Shown: positions 1 through 9,629 of the stretch, one piece after another | Numbering within the stretch: the stretch's first letter is position 1 | How the letters are laid out: every line of letters begins with the position of its first letter | Assembly (NCBI GenBank): GCA_020628165.1 | Contig: JAHDFM010000006.1 | Coordinates: 31,303-95,302, forward strand | Length of the DNA stretch: 64,000 nucleotides | Reading direction: 5' to 3' | From: Bdellovibrionales bacterium | GTDB taxonomy: Bacteria; Bdellovibrionota; Bdellovibrionia; Bdellovibrionales; UBA1609 | Position numbers and translations under genes: made by a program | The notes under the pieces: model-generated | Told to the model about the DNA's origin: nothing | Seen by the model: the letters and a program-made list of their open reading frames with translations, nothing else | Database searches by the model: none

Positions 1-1
1 T

Positions 2-226
2 TTTGGTGGCGACTTGGGAGATGCAAGAACTCATAAAGGCAATGAACTACCGATGTTCTCTATCGGTAGTGCCGGTGGTAGAATCCAAACAAACACAGTT
101 AAAAATATGTCTAATAAAAAGCTTTCTAGTTTACACAAATCTTTGTTGCAAGCACTTGGAAGTAAAATTGAAACATTTGGTGACAGTGGGACTGGTGGCG
201 TGCAAGTGTCAGATGTGGCTGCGTAA
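2..226 (+). CDS. C-terminal fragment of a DUF1552-family protein (5' end outside window)
   Basis: Frame open from the window edge to TAA at 224-226. The tail ...NELPMFSIGSAGGRI...LLQALGSKIETFGDSGTG resembles the tail of the full-length paralog at 31533-33008 (...MLVSGNMGGLKPGKH...ALKALGVNINTQGEISG). Confidence 0.55.
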   Translation, partial: FGGDLGDARTHKGNELPMFSIGSAGGRIQTNTVKNMSNKKLSSLHKSLLQALGSKIETFGDSGTGGVQVSDVAA

Positions 227-344
227 GCTTAAAGTCATATTTTAACATCTTGTTTTGTTCTTCTACATAAGGTCAAAAAACGGACTTATTTTATAGAGAT
301 TATTCTTGGAGAAAGTCTTTAATTATTGCTATCCTTAAGGCGCT

Positions 345-1769
345 ATGAAAGATTTCTCAGATGCCACCTATACAGCCATAATCAGTGACCTTCATTTGTG
401 CGAAGGCGAGCCTGTTAATAAAAAACATCCACTCTGGAAGAAGTACAAAACGGAGGAGTTTTTCTTTGATGAAGAATTTGCTGATTTTTTAATAGCTATA
501 GAGAAAGAAGCGGGCGATGACAAAGTAGAACTTATAATGAATGGTGATATTTTTGATTTTGATAGTGTTACTGCGATTCCAACTCATCCTATTTTTCGTG
601 TGTCCTGGTTAGAGAAAAGAAGAGGTCTTAACCCACAACAAGCCAAATCAACTTACAAGATGAATCATATTTTGAGTTTTCATAAAAAGTGGGTGCAAGC
701 TTTGAGGGAATTCATTATGCGTGGCCATCGAGTGGTTGTGATCATTGGCAACCATGATTTGGAGCTTCATTTTCCCGATGTAAAACGTGCCTTTCTCAAC
801 CACTTAGCTTTGCCTAAAGAATTTAATGATAATCTGCGATTTAACGATTGGTTCTATATTAGCAACAAAGATACTCTCATTGAACACGGTAATCAGTATG
901 ACCCTTACTGTGTGATCGAAGACCCAACGGCTCCATTCATTCGTCGCTTTAATCTCATTGAGGTCAAAGTGCCTTTTGGCAATATGGCCACACGTTATAT
1001 GATTAACGGCATGGGTTTTTTTAACCCACACGACGATCGCAACTATGTGATGTCTGCTGGACAGTATATAAAGTTTTTTCTTAAGTACATGTTGCGAGCA
1101 CAGCCTTTGTTAGTGTTTTCATGGCTGTGGGGTTCAGTGATCATTTTGTTTAAGTCATTCATTAATCGATTGCGACCTAAAGTGAAAGATCCATTCAATA
1201 TTGAAGATAACTTTAGCTACATTGCCAAAAAGTCAAATGCCACACCTAGAATGGTGCGCGAGTTGAAAGAATTATTTATAGATCCTGCTGCCAGTAATCC
1301 TATTTTAATTTTAAAAGAACTTTGGTTGGACCGTGCATTTTTAATTTTCATTACCTTGTTTATTTTATTGCAGGTGTTTTTCATTATCGAACAAGCTTAT
1401 GACATCTCATTGTTTTGGATGTTCATTCCCATTTTATTATTCTTCCCATTTTTTATGTTTTATTCAGCCTCTGTGGTTTCTAATGTGAGCTTATTTAAAG
1501 AACCAAGCGAACGTATTTTAAGTGCACAGGGTTTAATCGCCGGTGTCAGTCGCATTGTTTATGGGCACACTCACGATGCTCTTCACCAAATGATTGGCCC
1601 GATTGAGCATCTCAATAGCGGTACTTGGTCTCCTGCATTTTTAGACGTGGAGTGCACTCAAAAAGTGGGTAAAAAAACCTTTGTATGGATTCGCCCAAAT
1701 AAAGAAGGCGGCCGTGATGCTGAATTGCTTTACTTTGCCGATGACGGGATTAAATCTTACGGTTCATAA
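345..1769 (+). CDS. Calcineurin-like metallophosphoesterase with internal hydrophobic segments
   Basis: Motifs SDLHL, NGDIFDF, GNHD and GHTH in order. Three hydrophobic helices lie between GNHD and GHTH. Confidence 0.8.
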   Translation: MKDFSDATYTAIISDLHLCEGEPVNKKHPLWKKYKTEEFFFDEEFADFLIAIEKEAGDDKVELIMNGDIFDFDSVTAIPTHPIFRVSWLEKRRGLNPQQAKSTYKMNHILSFHKKWVQALREFIMRGHRVVVIIGNHDLELHFPDVKRAFLNHLALPKEFNDNLRFNDWFYISNKDTLIEHGNQYDPYCVIEDPTAPFIRRFNLIEVKVPFGNMATRYMINGMGFFNPHDDRNYVMSAGQYIKFFLKYMLRAQPLLVFSWLWGSVIILFKSFINRLRPKVKDPFNIEDNFSYIAKKSNATPRMVRELKELFIDPAASNPILILKELWLDRAFLIFITLFILLQVFFIIEQAYDISLFWMFIPILLFFPFFMFYSASVVSNVSLFKEPSERILSAQGLIAGVSRIVYGHTHDALHQMIGPIEHLNSGTWSPAFLDVECTQKVGKKTFVWIRPNKEGGRDAELLYFADDGIKSYGS

Positions 1770-2072
1770 ATTATAAAAATCTAATTATTTTAATGATTTA
1801 TGAGCCGTTAATGACCCTTTGGAGGGTTTCATTAGATGATGCTCATAAAATTGTAAAGCCTAGATTGTTTTTATGTAAAAATTTGTGAACCTAAACTTTG
1901 TAGTGACTAGAATTCTGGGCTCTATCCCCTTGCTTTTACTAAAAAAGAAATAATTACAGATCAAAATAAACCAACGCAGGGCTTAAATGGCCTTAATTTT
2001 TATTTGAGAATCAAATTATCTGGGTTAGGGTCAAAGATAGCTATTTTTACTAATTGAATAGGAGGCTACACA

Positions 2073-2267
2073 ATGGCTGAAGTTTTAGTCGTAACAAGCA
2101 AAGTTAAAAAGTATATTAAAGAAAAAGGTGGATGTAACACGTCTTCAGAGACTGTAAAAGTTTTGAGTGATGCAGTTGAAAGACTTTGTGAAAAAGGCAT
2201 TCAAAGTGCTAAGTCTGATGGCCGTAAAACGGTTATGGATAGAGATATCATCATCGATCACATCTAA
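2073..2267 (+). CDS. Small histone-fold DNA-binding protein (bacterial histone, Bd0055-like)
   Basis: 64 aa with a helix-loop-long helix-loop-helix pattern. DGRKTVMDRDII matches the archaeal histone L2/alpha3 motif GRKT(I/V)..(E/D)DI. Strong SD AGGAGG lies 7 nt upstream of the ATG. Confidence 0.8.
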   Translation: MAEVLVVTSKVKKYIKEKGGCNTSSETVKVLSDAVERLCEKGIQSAKSDGRKTVMDRDIIIDHI

Positions 2268-2342
2268 TCAAAAAGTGATTGAAAACTCCTCATAACTTCA
2301 ATTCAATAGAAATTAGATATGAGCGAAATTTAAAAATCGAAA

Positions 2343-4361
2343 TCAATCGAGCATGGCTAAAAATTGCTCGATTGATAAGACTTTGACGCCGAGATCCTCG
2401 GCTTTTTTTAATTTTGAGCCAGCAGCTTCTCCTGCAATTAAATAATCTGTATTTTTACTCACGCTCCCTGGTGAGCTACCACCATTCACTTCAATGGTTT
2501 TTTTCAAATCACTGCGTTTGTAATTATCAAAGCTTCCTGTGATAACAAACTTTAGCCCTTTTAACTTTTTAGAGGCATTAGTGACATCACTCTTTGCGAT
2601 CTTAACACCATTTTTAAGCAAGTTCTGAACTTCCTTAACGAAGTCTTTATTGCTCAAACTTGAAGTGATGGAGCTTGCTACTTTGGGTCCAATATCATTG
2701 AGAGCCAACAGGTCTTCTTCGGTGGCTTTTAAAAACGATGGCACGTCTTGATAATAATTGGCTAAGGTTTTAGCCGTTTGCTCACCGACAAAACGAATTC
2801 CAAGGGCATAAATAAAACGGCTAAGCTCTGGCTGTCGGCTGGCATCGATGCTTTTAATAATATTGTTGGCCGATTTTTCACCTTGTCGCTCCAAGGGAAG
2901 AATGTCTTCTTTTTTAAGTGTGTATATATCAGAAAAAGTTTTCACTAACCCTTCGGTCCAAAGTTGTTTGGTGATTTGCTCTCCGAGCTTATCAATGTTC
3001 ATGGCTTTTTTACTGACAAAATGTTTAAGGGACTCCTTCACAACAGCGGGGCAAAAAAGGTTTGGGCAACGATAAACAGCTTCGTCTTCATTTTTTTCAG
3101 CCTTGGTTCCACACACGGGGCATTTTTGGGGAAACTCATAAGCAACAGATGACTTTTTTCTTTTCTTTAAGACAACTTCCACAACCTCTGGAATAACATC
3201 ACCAGCTCTTTGCACCACAACGGTGTCGCCGATGCGCACGTCTTTACGAGCAATTTCACTTTCGTTATGAAGAGTGGCGTTGGTGATGGTCACGCCCCCC
3301 ACAAATACAGGTTCCATAATTGCCACAGGCGTGAGTGCGCCAGTTCGACCCACTTGTAACACAATATCTTTAATGACTGTGGTTTCTTGTTTTGGTTTGT
3401 ACTTGGCAGCCGTTGCCCAGCGCGGGCTTCTGGCGACAAAGCCAAGTTCTTGCTGTAGCTGGAAGGAGTTCACTTTCATGACCATGCCGTCGATTTCAAA
3501 CTCGAGTTGATCGCGCACACTTTCGATGAAGTGGTAGTGTGCCACTGCCTCTTCTGCGTTTTTACATTTTTTAATGATTGCAGATTTTTTAATTTTTTTT
3601 GCAATTAAATTTGGGATTTTTAATTGGTTGACGGCCTCTAAGAATTGATAGTGAGAGTCGGCACCGTGACCGTCAATCACTCCTGGGGCGTAGGCGTAAA
3701 AACGCAATGGGCGGGTGGCAGCCACTCGAGAATCGAGTTGTCTTAACGTTCCAGCGGCGGCATTGCGAGGATTGGAAAAGGTTTCAAGCCCTTGACTCAG
3801 TTGCCCCTCATTGAGTGATTCAAAGTCACTTTTGTGTAAGAGCACTTCCCCGCGCAGTTCAAAAACGTCTGGCACGGCCCCGGCATCAATTTTTAATGGA
3901 ATGGTCTTAATAGTTTTGGTGTTCAGTGTGACATCTTCGCCAGTAGTTCCATCCCCGCGAGTGATGGCTTTGGTGAGCAAGCCTTTTTCATAAACTAATT
4001 CAAGAGCTAAACCATCAAGTTTTGGCTCGCAAATGAACTCTACGTCTTCATCTGAATTTAAAAATTTTTTGATGCGCTCATCAAAGGCTAAGATATCATC
4101 TGGAGAGTAACTGTTTTGCAGTGATAGCATAGGTGTGCGATGTTTAACTTTACTGAACTTATCTAAAGGCGTTGAACCGGCGCGCTGACTTGGCGAAGTT
4201 TCGGTAACAAGCTCAGGGTGCTTGGATTCGAGCTCTAAGAGTTCATTGAAAAGTTGGTCGAACTGGTAATCACTGATGGTTGGTTTATCCAGTGAGTGAT
4301 AGTTGTAATTGTGCTGTTCAATTTCTATGGATAATTTTTTATGCTTTTCTTTGTAGTTCAA
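2343..4361 (-). CDS. ligA: NAD-dependent DNA ligase
   Basis: 672 aa. Adenylation motif EPKLDGLA, Zn-finger CPVCG...CPNLFCPA, and a C-terminal BRCT-like GLKFVITGSF. Confidence 0.97.
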   Translation of the reverse strand: MNYKEKHKKLSIEIEQHNYNYHSLDKPTISDYQFDQLFNELLELESKHPELVTETSPSQRAGSTPLDKFSKVKHRTPMLSLQNSYSPDDILAFDERIKKFLNSDEDVEFICEPKLDGLALELVYEKGLLTKAITRGDGTTGEDVTLNTKTIKTIPLKIDAGAVPDVFELRGEVLLHKSDFESLNEGQLSQGLETFSNPRNAAAGTLRQLDSRVAATRPLRFYAYAPGVIDGHGADSHYQFLEAVNQLKIPNLIAKKIKKSAIIKKCKNAEEAVAHYHFIESVRDQLEFEIDGMVMKVNSFQLQQELGFVARSPRWATAAKYKPKQETTVIKDIVLQVGRTGALTPVAIMEPVFVGGVTITNATLHNESEIARKDVRIGDTVVVQRAGDVIPEVVEVVLKKRKKSSVAYEFPQKCPVCGTKAEKNEDEAVYRCPNLFCPAVVKESLKHFVSKKAMNIDKLGEQITKQLWTEGLVKTFSDIYTLKKEDILPLERQGEKSANNIIKSIDASRQPELSRFIYALGIRFVGEQTAKTLANYYQDVPSFLKATEEDLLALNDIGPKVASSITSSLSNKDFVKEVQNLLKNGVKIAKSDVTNASKKLKGLKFVITGSFDNYKRSDLKKTIEVNGGSSPGSVSKNTDYLIAGEAAGSKLKKAEDLGVKVLSIEQFLAMLD

Positions 4362-4641
4362 CAGCTAGACCTCGGTTTTTTTGTCCGTTTGTGAAAGATT
4401 CAACGAGGGTCTAATATTAAAAAAATGAGCGAAACTCTTAGCGACCCTGAGAATAGTTATATAAAGCCAGTTGAGGATGTTCAATATTGTGAAAAGCTTT
4501 CACGCAGCTAGACATAATCGCTTTTTTGATCTTAAAATGTATGGACAAAATTTAAGCAAAAGTTTATCCCTTTGGGAGTCCTTAGAGAGTCTCTTTGGGC
4601 AGTTTATTTAAACCACATCGATCATTCTTAAAAGGTGAATT

Positions 4642-4911
4642 ATGGACATTGAAAACGTGGCGTCTCTTGCGAGATTGCAACTCTCTGAAGATGAAAAAAT
4701 TAAATTCAAAGAACAAATGGGATCCATTCTTAATTACTTTGAAGATCTTAAAGATGTGAATACTGAAGGAGTGGAGGCTTTAGTGACTCCCACAGACATA
4801 AACAAAGACTATCGAAAAGATGGTTCTGTTTCTTGGGACAAAGCCAGCGATGCACTAGAAATTGCTCCACTTAAAAAAGGCAACTTGTTTCAAGTGCCAC
4901 CGGTTGTATAG
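4642..4911 (+). CDS. gatC: Asp/Glu-tRNA amidotransferase subunit C
   Basis: 89 aa with LARLQLSEDE...F..L, directly upstream of gatA and gatB. Confidence 0.9.
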   Translation: MDIENVASLARLQLSEDEKIKFKEQMGSILNYFEDLKDVNTEGVEALVTPTDINKDYRKDGSVSWDKASDALEIAPLKKGNLFQVPPVV

Positions 4912-4919
4912 GACACCTT

Positions 4920-6389
4920 ATGAAAGATTTAACTCAATTGACCGCTAAAGAAATAAATTCAGGAATTAAAAACAAACAATTCAAAGCTAGCGAAGTAATG
5001 TCGAGCTTTTTAGAGCAGATCGATGCTAAAGACAAAGAGCTCAATGCATTCATAACATTGAATGACAAAGCAATGGACCTTGCCAATGCCGTGGATAATA
5101 AAATAGCAAGTGGCGAAGACATTGGTGCTCTCGGTGGTGTGCCCATTGCGATCAAAGACATGCTTTGTACTGAAGGTTTAAAAACCACTGCTGGCTCAAA
5201 GATGTTAGAAAACTTCATACCACCTTATTCAGCGACAGTTGTTAATAAGCTTGAACAAAGTGGTGCAATCGTTATTGGTAAATGCAATCAAGATGAATTT
5301 GCTATGGGTTCGAGTAATGAGACCTCTTATTATGGAAATTGCAAAAACCCTTGGAACACCGATTATGTACCTGGTGGATCGAGTGGTGGCTCAGCAGTTG
5401 CAGTGGCAGCAAGTATGGCACCAATTTCTATTGGAACTGATACGGGAGGCTCTATCAGGCAGCCAGCCAATTTTTGTGGCGTGGTTGGTGTGAAGCCAAC
5501 TTACGGGCGAGTGAGCCGTTATGGCATCATTGCATTTGCTTCCAGCCTTGATCAGGCGGGCCCTTTTTCTAAAACCATTGAAGATTCTGCGATGGTGCTT
5601 GAATCCATTTGCGGTGAAGATCCATTTGATGCCACAAGTTCAGCAAACACGGATTTATCATTTGTAAGTTCACTCAATAACGACCTTAAAGGTCTAAAAG
5701 TTGGTTTGCCGAAAGAATACTCCGACGGAGAAATAGACGGTGAGGTTGCAGCAGCTGTTGAGACCGCCAAAAAACAATTGGCTGACCTCGGTTGTGAGTT
5801 CGTTGAAGTGAGTTTGCCTTACACCAAATATGCCGTGCCAATTTACTACATCATTGCAACGAGTGAAGCTTCGAGTAACTTAGCTAGATACGATGGTGTG
5901 CGCTTTGGCCACAGAGCTGACTTTAAAGATAAACCGGCAGCTGATCTGTTAGATTTTTACTCCAGAAACAGAGGTGAAGGTTTTGGAACTGAAGTCAAAC
6001 GCAGAATCACGTTGGGGACTTTTACACTTTCCAGTGGTTATTATGATGCTTATTACAATAAAGCTTGCCAAGTGCGCCGCTTGCTCCAACAAAACTTCAC
6101 GGACACTTTCAAGCAGTGTGATGTTTTGTTAAGCCCAGTGACGGCAACTCCTGCATTTAAAATAGGTGAAAGAATCGCAGATCCGATCACTATGTATAAG
6201 AATGATATTTTCACAACATCAACTAACCTTGCTGGCCTTCCTGGCTTAAGTCTACCTGTAGCGTTGCACAGTAATGGTTTACCAGTAGGAGTGCAGTTGA
6301 CAGCGGGAGCCTTTCAAGAGTCACACTTGCTCAACATTGCTCACAAATTAGAACAGTCCATAGGTTTTAAAGGAGAGATCCACTCATGA
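4920..6389 (+). CDS. gatA: Asp/Glu-tRNA amidotransferase subunit A
   Basis: Amidase signature GGSSGGSAVAVAA. 489 aa. Confidence 0.97.
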   Translation: MKDLTQLTAKEINSGIKNKQFKASEVMSSFLEQIDAKDKELNAFITLNDKAMDLANAVDNKIASGEDIGALGGVPIAIKDMLCTEGLKTTAGSKMLENFIPPYSATVVNKLEQSGAIVIGKCNQDEFAMGSSNETSYYGNCKNPWNTDYVPGGSSGGSAVAVAASMAPISIGTDTGGSIRQPANFCGVVGVKPTYGRVSRYGIIAFASSLDQAGPFSKTIEDSAMVLESICGEDPFDATSSANTDLSFVSSLNNDLKGLKVGLPKEYSDGEIDGEVAAAVETAKKQLADLGCEFVEVSLPYTKYAVPIYYIIATSEASSNLARYDGVRFGHRADFKDKPAADLLDFYSRNRGEGFGTEVKRRITLGTFTLSSGYYDAYYNKACQVRRLLQQNFTDTFKQCDVLLSPVTATPAFKIGERIADPITMYKNDIFTTSTNLAGLPGLSLPVALHSNGLPVGVQLTAGAFQESHLLNIAHKLEQSIGFKGEIHS

Positions 6390-7813
6390 TTGGAGATTGG
6401 AAACCAGTAATCGGTTTAGAGATACACGCACAATTAAACACTGAAAGTAAAATGTTTTCAAACGACTCAACGGCCTTTGGGCAAGGTGATAACGCCAATA
6501 TATCACCTGTCTCCTTAGGTTTGCCGGGTGCATTGCCAGTGGTAAATAAAAAAGCCATTGAAAACTCCATCAAAACTGGTCTTGCCTTGAACTGTAAAAT
6601 TAGAGGCACTTCGGTTTTTGCCAGGAAAAATTACTTTTATCCTGATTTACCTAAAGGCTATCAAATATCACAATTTGATAAGCCGTTGTGTGAAGAAGGT
6701 TATGTTGAGTTTCATATTAATGACCAAGTGAAGAGAGTGGGTATTACTCGTGCTCATATGGAAGAAGATGCTGGCAAGTCGACTCACCATGGTGACTACA
6801 GTTTAATTAACTTAAACCGCGCTGGTGTACCGTTACTAGAGATTGTTTCTGAGCCAGAAATTGAAACACCTGCAGAAGCGGCTGAGTATGCAAGAACCGT
6901 CAGACAAATCTTAAGATTTTTAGATGTGTGTGATGGCAACCTTGAAGAGGGATCATTACGTTGTGATTGTAACGTCAGTGTGATGAAAAAAGACGCCACA
7001 GAGTTTGGCACCAAAGTGGAAATAAAAAACATCAACTCATTTCGCTTTGTTGAAAAGGCCATCGATTACGAAATCAAAAGACAGATAGAAGTGATTGAGT
7101 CCGGTGGTGAGATCATGCAGGAAACGAGATTATTTGATTCCACAAAAAACAAAACTTACTCCATGCGTAAGAAAGAACAAGCCCACGACTACAGATACTT
7201 TCCGGACCCAGATTTATTGCCTGTGCAAGTTTCAGATGAATGGGTGAGTGAAATTAAAAGTACACTTCCAGAATTACCACGCGACATGGCTAAGAGGTTC
7301 CAGCAAGATTATGGTTTGCCAGAGTATGATGCCTCTGTATTAACTCAAGAAAAGTCGTTAGCTCAGTATTTTGAACAAGCGGCTAAAGAAAGCAGTAACG
7401 CTAAGGCAGCTTCAAACTGGGTGATGGTGGAGTTACAGCGCGAACTCAATGATAAAAAAATAGATATCGAAAATTCACCCATTTCTGCGAGTCGCTTGGC
7501 GCAGTTGATTCAATTGATCGACAAAAAAGTAATCTCAGGAAAGATTGCCAAAAAAGTTTTTGCCTTCATGTTAGAGGACGATAAGAACCCTGAAGACATC
7601 GTGAAAGAAAAAAACCTTGTGCAAATAACGGACGAGTCAGCCTTAGAAAAAATGGTAGATGAGATCATTGCCAGCAACCCAGGCCAAGTCGAGCAGTATA
7701 AAGCTGGTAAAACAAAGTTGTTTGGATTTTTTGTTGGGCAAGCAATGAAAGCATCCAAAGGACAAGGAAATCCTGAAATCATTAACAAGCTTTTAAAAAG
7801 CAAGTTAGGTTAA
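6386..7813 (+). CDS. gatB: Asp/Glu-tRNA amidotransferase subunit B
   Basis: 475 aa with GLEIHAQL, NLNRAGVPLLEIVSEP and a C-terminal YqeY-like tail. ATGA overlap with gatA. Confidence 0.97.
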   Translation: MIGDWKPVIGLEIHAQLNTESKMFSNDSTAFGQGDNANISPVSLGLPGALPVVNKKAIENSIKTGLALNCKIRGTSVFARKNYFYPDLPKGYQISQFDKPLCEEGYVEFHINDQVKRVGITRAHMEEDAGKSTHHGDYSLINLNRAGVPLLEIVSEPEIETPAEAAEYARTVRQILRFLDVCDGNLEEGSLRCDCNVSVMKKDATEFGTKVEIKNINSFRFVEKAIDYEIKRQIEVIESGGEIMQETRLFDSTKNKTYSMRKKEQAHDYRYFPDPDLLPVQVSDEWVSEIKSTLPELPRDMAKRFQQDYGLPEYDASVLTQEKSLAQYFEQAAKESSNAKAASNWVMVELQRELNDKKIDIENSPISASRLAQLIQLIDKKVISGKIAKKVFAFMLEDDKNPEDIVKEKNLVQITDESALEKMVDEIIASNPGQVEQYKAGKTKLFGFFVGQAMKASKGQGNPEIINKLLKSKLG

Positions 7814-8707
7814 ATGAAAGTTGCGTCTCTTGATTTAGGCTCAAACAGCTTTTTGCTTTTGATAGCTGAGGTCAGTAACGGTAAAATAGTTAAGGTTTAT
7901 CACGACGAGCAAAAAGTCACGCGCTTGGCTCAAGGTGTTCACGTGAGTAGAGAGTTTCATCCTGAGGCCTTGCAAAGAGCTAGAGCGTGTTTTTCCTATT
8001 ACCAAAAAATCATTCAAGAAAATAACGTTGAAAAGATTCAAGCAGTTTCAACTAGCGCTGCAAGAGATGTTAAAAATAAGGAAGAGTTTTTTGCCATTGG
8101 TAATGAGTTTGGCATACCTATAGAAATTATCAGTGGTCCGAAAGAGGCAGAGCTCACTTACCATGGAACTATCGAAGATGATCAAAGCTCAGCTGCGATC
8201 ATAGATGTGGGTGGGGGTTCTACTGAGATCATTGGTAAAGAAGAGGGGGCTGTTAAGGGATGGAGCCTCGATATAGGCAGTGTCCGTTTGGCAGAAATAT
8301 TTAACGCTTTTGATAAAGTAAATGATGAAACTCTAGATAAAATAGATAACTATATAAAAACAGAAATTCTAAAAAACCAAGAAAAGTTACCAAAAATAAC
8401 TGAAGCCATCGCCGTGGCAGGAACGCCAACAACTCTTGCTTGCTTGATTCAAAAAATCCAATTTACAAAAGAAAAAATCCATGGCTTTGAAATCACAAGC
8501 TGTGAATTAACCAAACAACGAGAAAACCTTGCAAATATGACGTTAGAAGAGCGAAAATCACTAACGGGCATTCATCCCAAGCGCGCTGACGTTTTAGTTT
8601 GTGGCACAAGCATATTAAAAAATATATGCGATCACTTCTCATTACAAAAAATCAAAGTCTCCTGCGGAGGAGTCCGCTACGGACTGGCCAAGCAACTTTC
8701 AAAATAA
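7814..8707 (+). CDS. Ppx/GppA-family phosphatase (short form)
   Basis: N-terminal DLGSNSF and IDVGGGSTE ASKHA-fold motifs. Its start abuts the gatB stop (TAAATG). Confidence 0.85.
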   Translation: MKVASLDLGSNSFLLLIAEVSNGKIVKVYHDEQKVTRLAQGVHVSREFHPEALQRARACFSYYQKIIQENNVEKIQAVSTSAARDVKNKEEFFAIGNEFGIPIEIISGPKEAELTYHGTIEDDQSSAAIIDVGGGSTEIIGKEEGAVKGWSLDIGSVRLAEIFNAFDKVNDETLDKIDNYIKTEILKNQEKLPKITEAIAVAGTPTTLACLIQKIQFTKEKIHGFEITSCELTKQRENLANMTLEERKSLTGIHPKRADVLVCGTSILKNICDHFSLQKIKVSCGGVRYGLAKQLSK

Positions 8708-8791
8708 TGTCATCCTGAGCTCCAGAAAAACAGTTCCTCTATAATGCTCAAAAGAAGTGACAAAGTGATTAATTCAGATCATGCTTAAGGT

Positions 8792-9538
8792 ATGAAAATA
8801 TTGACACTATTGATGCTCATCACTTTTTCTTTTTCAGCAAGCTCAGCCTATCTCATTGAAGATCATTTAAAATTATTATCAAGTCGTAAACGTGCAAAGA
8901 AATGGACGTTAAAAGATTTTGTAACAGGTAAGAAAAAAGCACGAACTTTACCAAAAGTGAATGTGACTCCTAAAAATATTAAAGAAAACCCAAAGTCAGA
9001 ACTTTCACTAGGTGTTGAGTACGGAAACTTGGATGTAGATACAGATGGTGTTGAGGACTCGAACCAAGTATTTAGAGGAAGCTTAACTGCTTTTGTTCGT
9101 TTTGTCGGTGTACTGGGTAATTTTTATTTGAATGAAGACCCTTTTGAAAATCACGGTGATTTGTCATTAGCCCTTCGCTTGGCAGGTAACTCACAACAAA
9201 GCACACACTTAATGCTTTTTTATGGGATCAATAGAACAAAAGAACTGGATAGCGGGACTTTAACCAATATTGAAAACCACATTTGGGGAGGGGAGCTCGT
9301 GCTTTACTTTTTGGATGCATTTGCTGGCTCTTATAAGTTAACCAACATGGAAGAAAACAGAGAGGACAATGTTCTTTTGAGACGTTCAGGTCGCCGCCAT
9401 GAAATCAGAGCCTTTTTAGACTTTCAATACATGAGGCTTTTTGGTTCCCACATTTTAGAAATCTTAGAATTTCAAAACACCACATTTGCTCGAAGAGAAT
9501 CCCGCGGTATCATGGGGGGTGTTTCGATCTTTTTTTAA
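8792..9538 (+). CDS. Secreted hypothetical protein, possible outer-membrane beta-barrel
   Basis: Signal peptide MKILTLLMLITFSFSASSA, alternating-polarity strands, C-terminal ...GGVSIFF. Confidence 0.6.
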   Translation: MKILTLLMLITFSFSASSAYLIEDHLKLLSSRKRAKKWTLKDFVTGKKKARTLPKVNVTPKNIKENPKSELSLGVEYGNLDVDTDGVEDSNQVFRGSLTAFVRFVGVLGNFYLNEDPFENHGDLSLALRLAGNSQQSTHLMLFYGINRTKELDSGTLTNIENHIWGGELVLYFLDAFAGSYKLTNMEENREDNVLLRRSGRRHEIRAFLDFQYMRLFGSHILEILEFQNTTFARRESRGIMGGVSIFF

Positions 9539-9629
9539 GTCTCATATTATTTTGTTTTTGATGACTGGCTTAGCTTTTGCAAACGCAATATAGTCTGTAC
9601 TTTAAAAGTTATTGATTTGGGAGCCATTA

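Noticed and set aside
3-245. 80-aa ORF at the window start in another frame
   Set aside because: The overlapping frame, open from position 2 to 226, gives a DUF1552-type tail similar to the paralog at 31533-33008. The 3-245 frame has no recognisable features.
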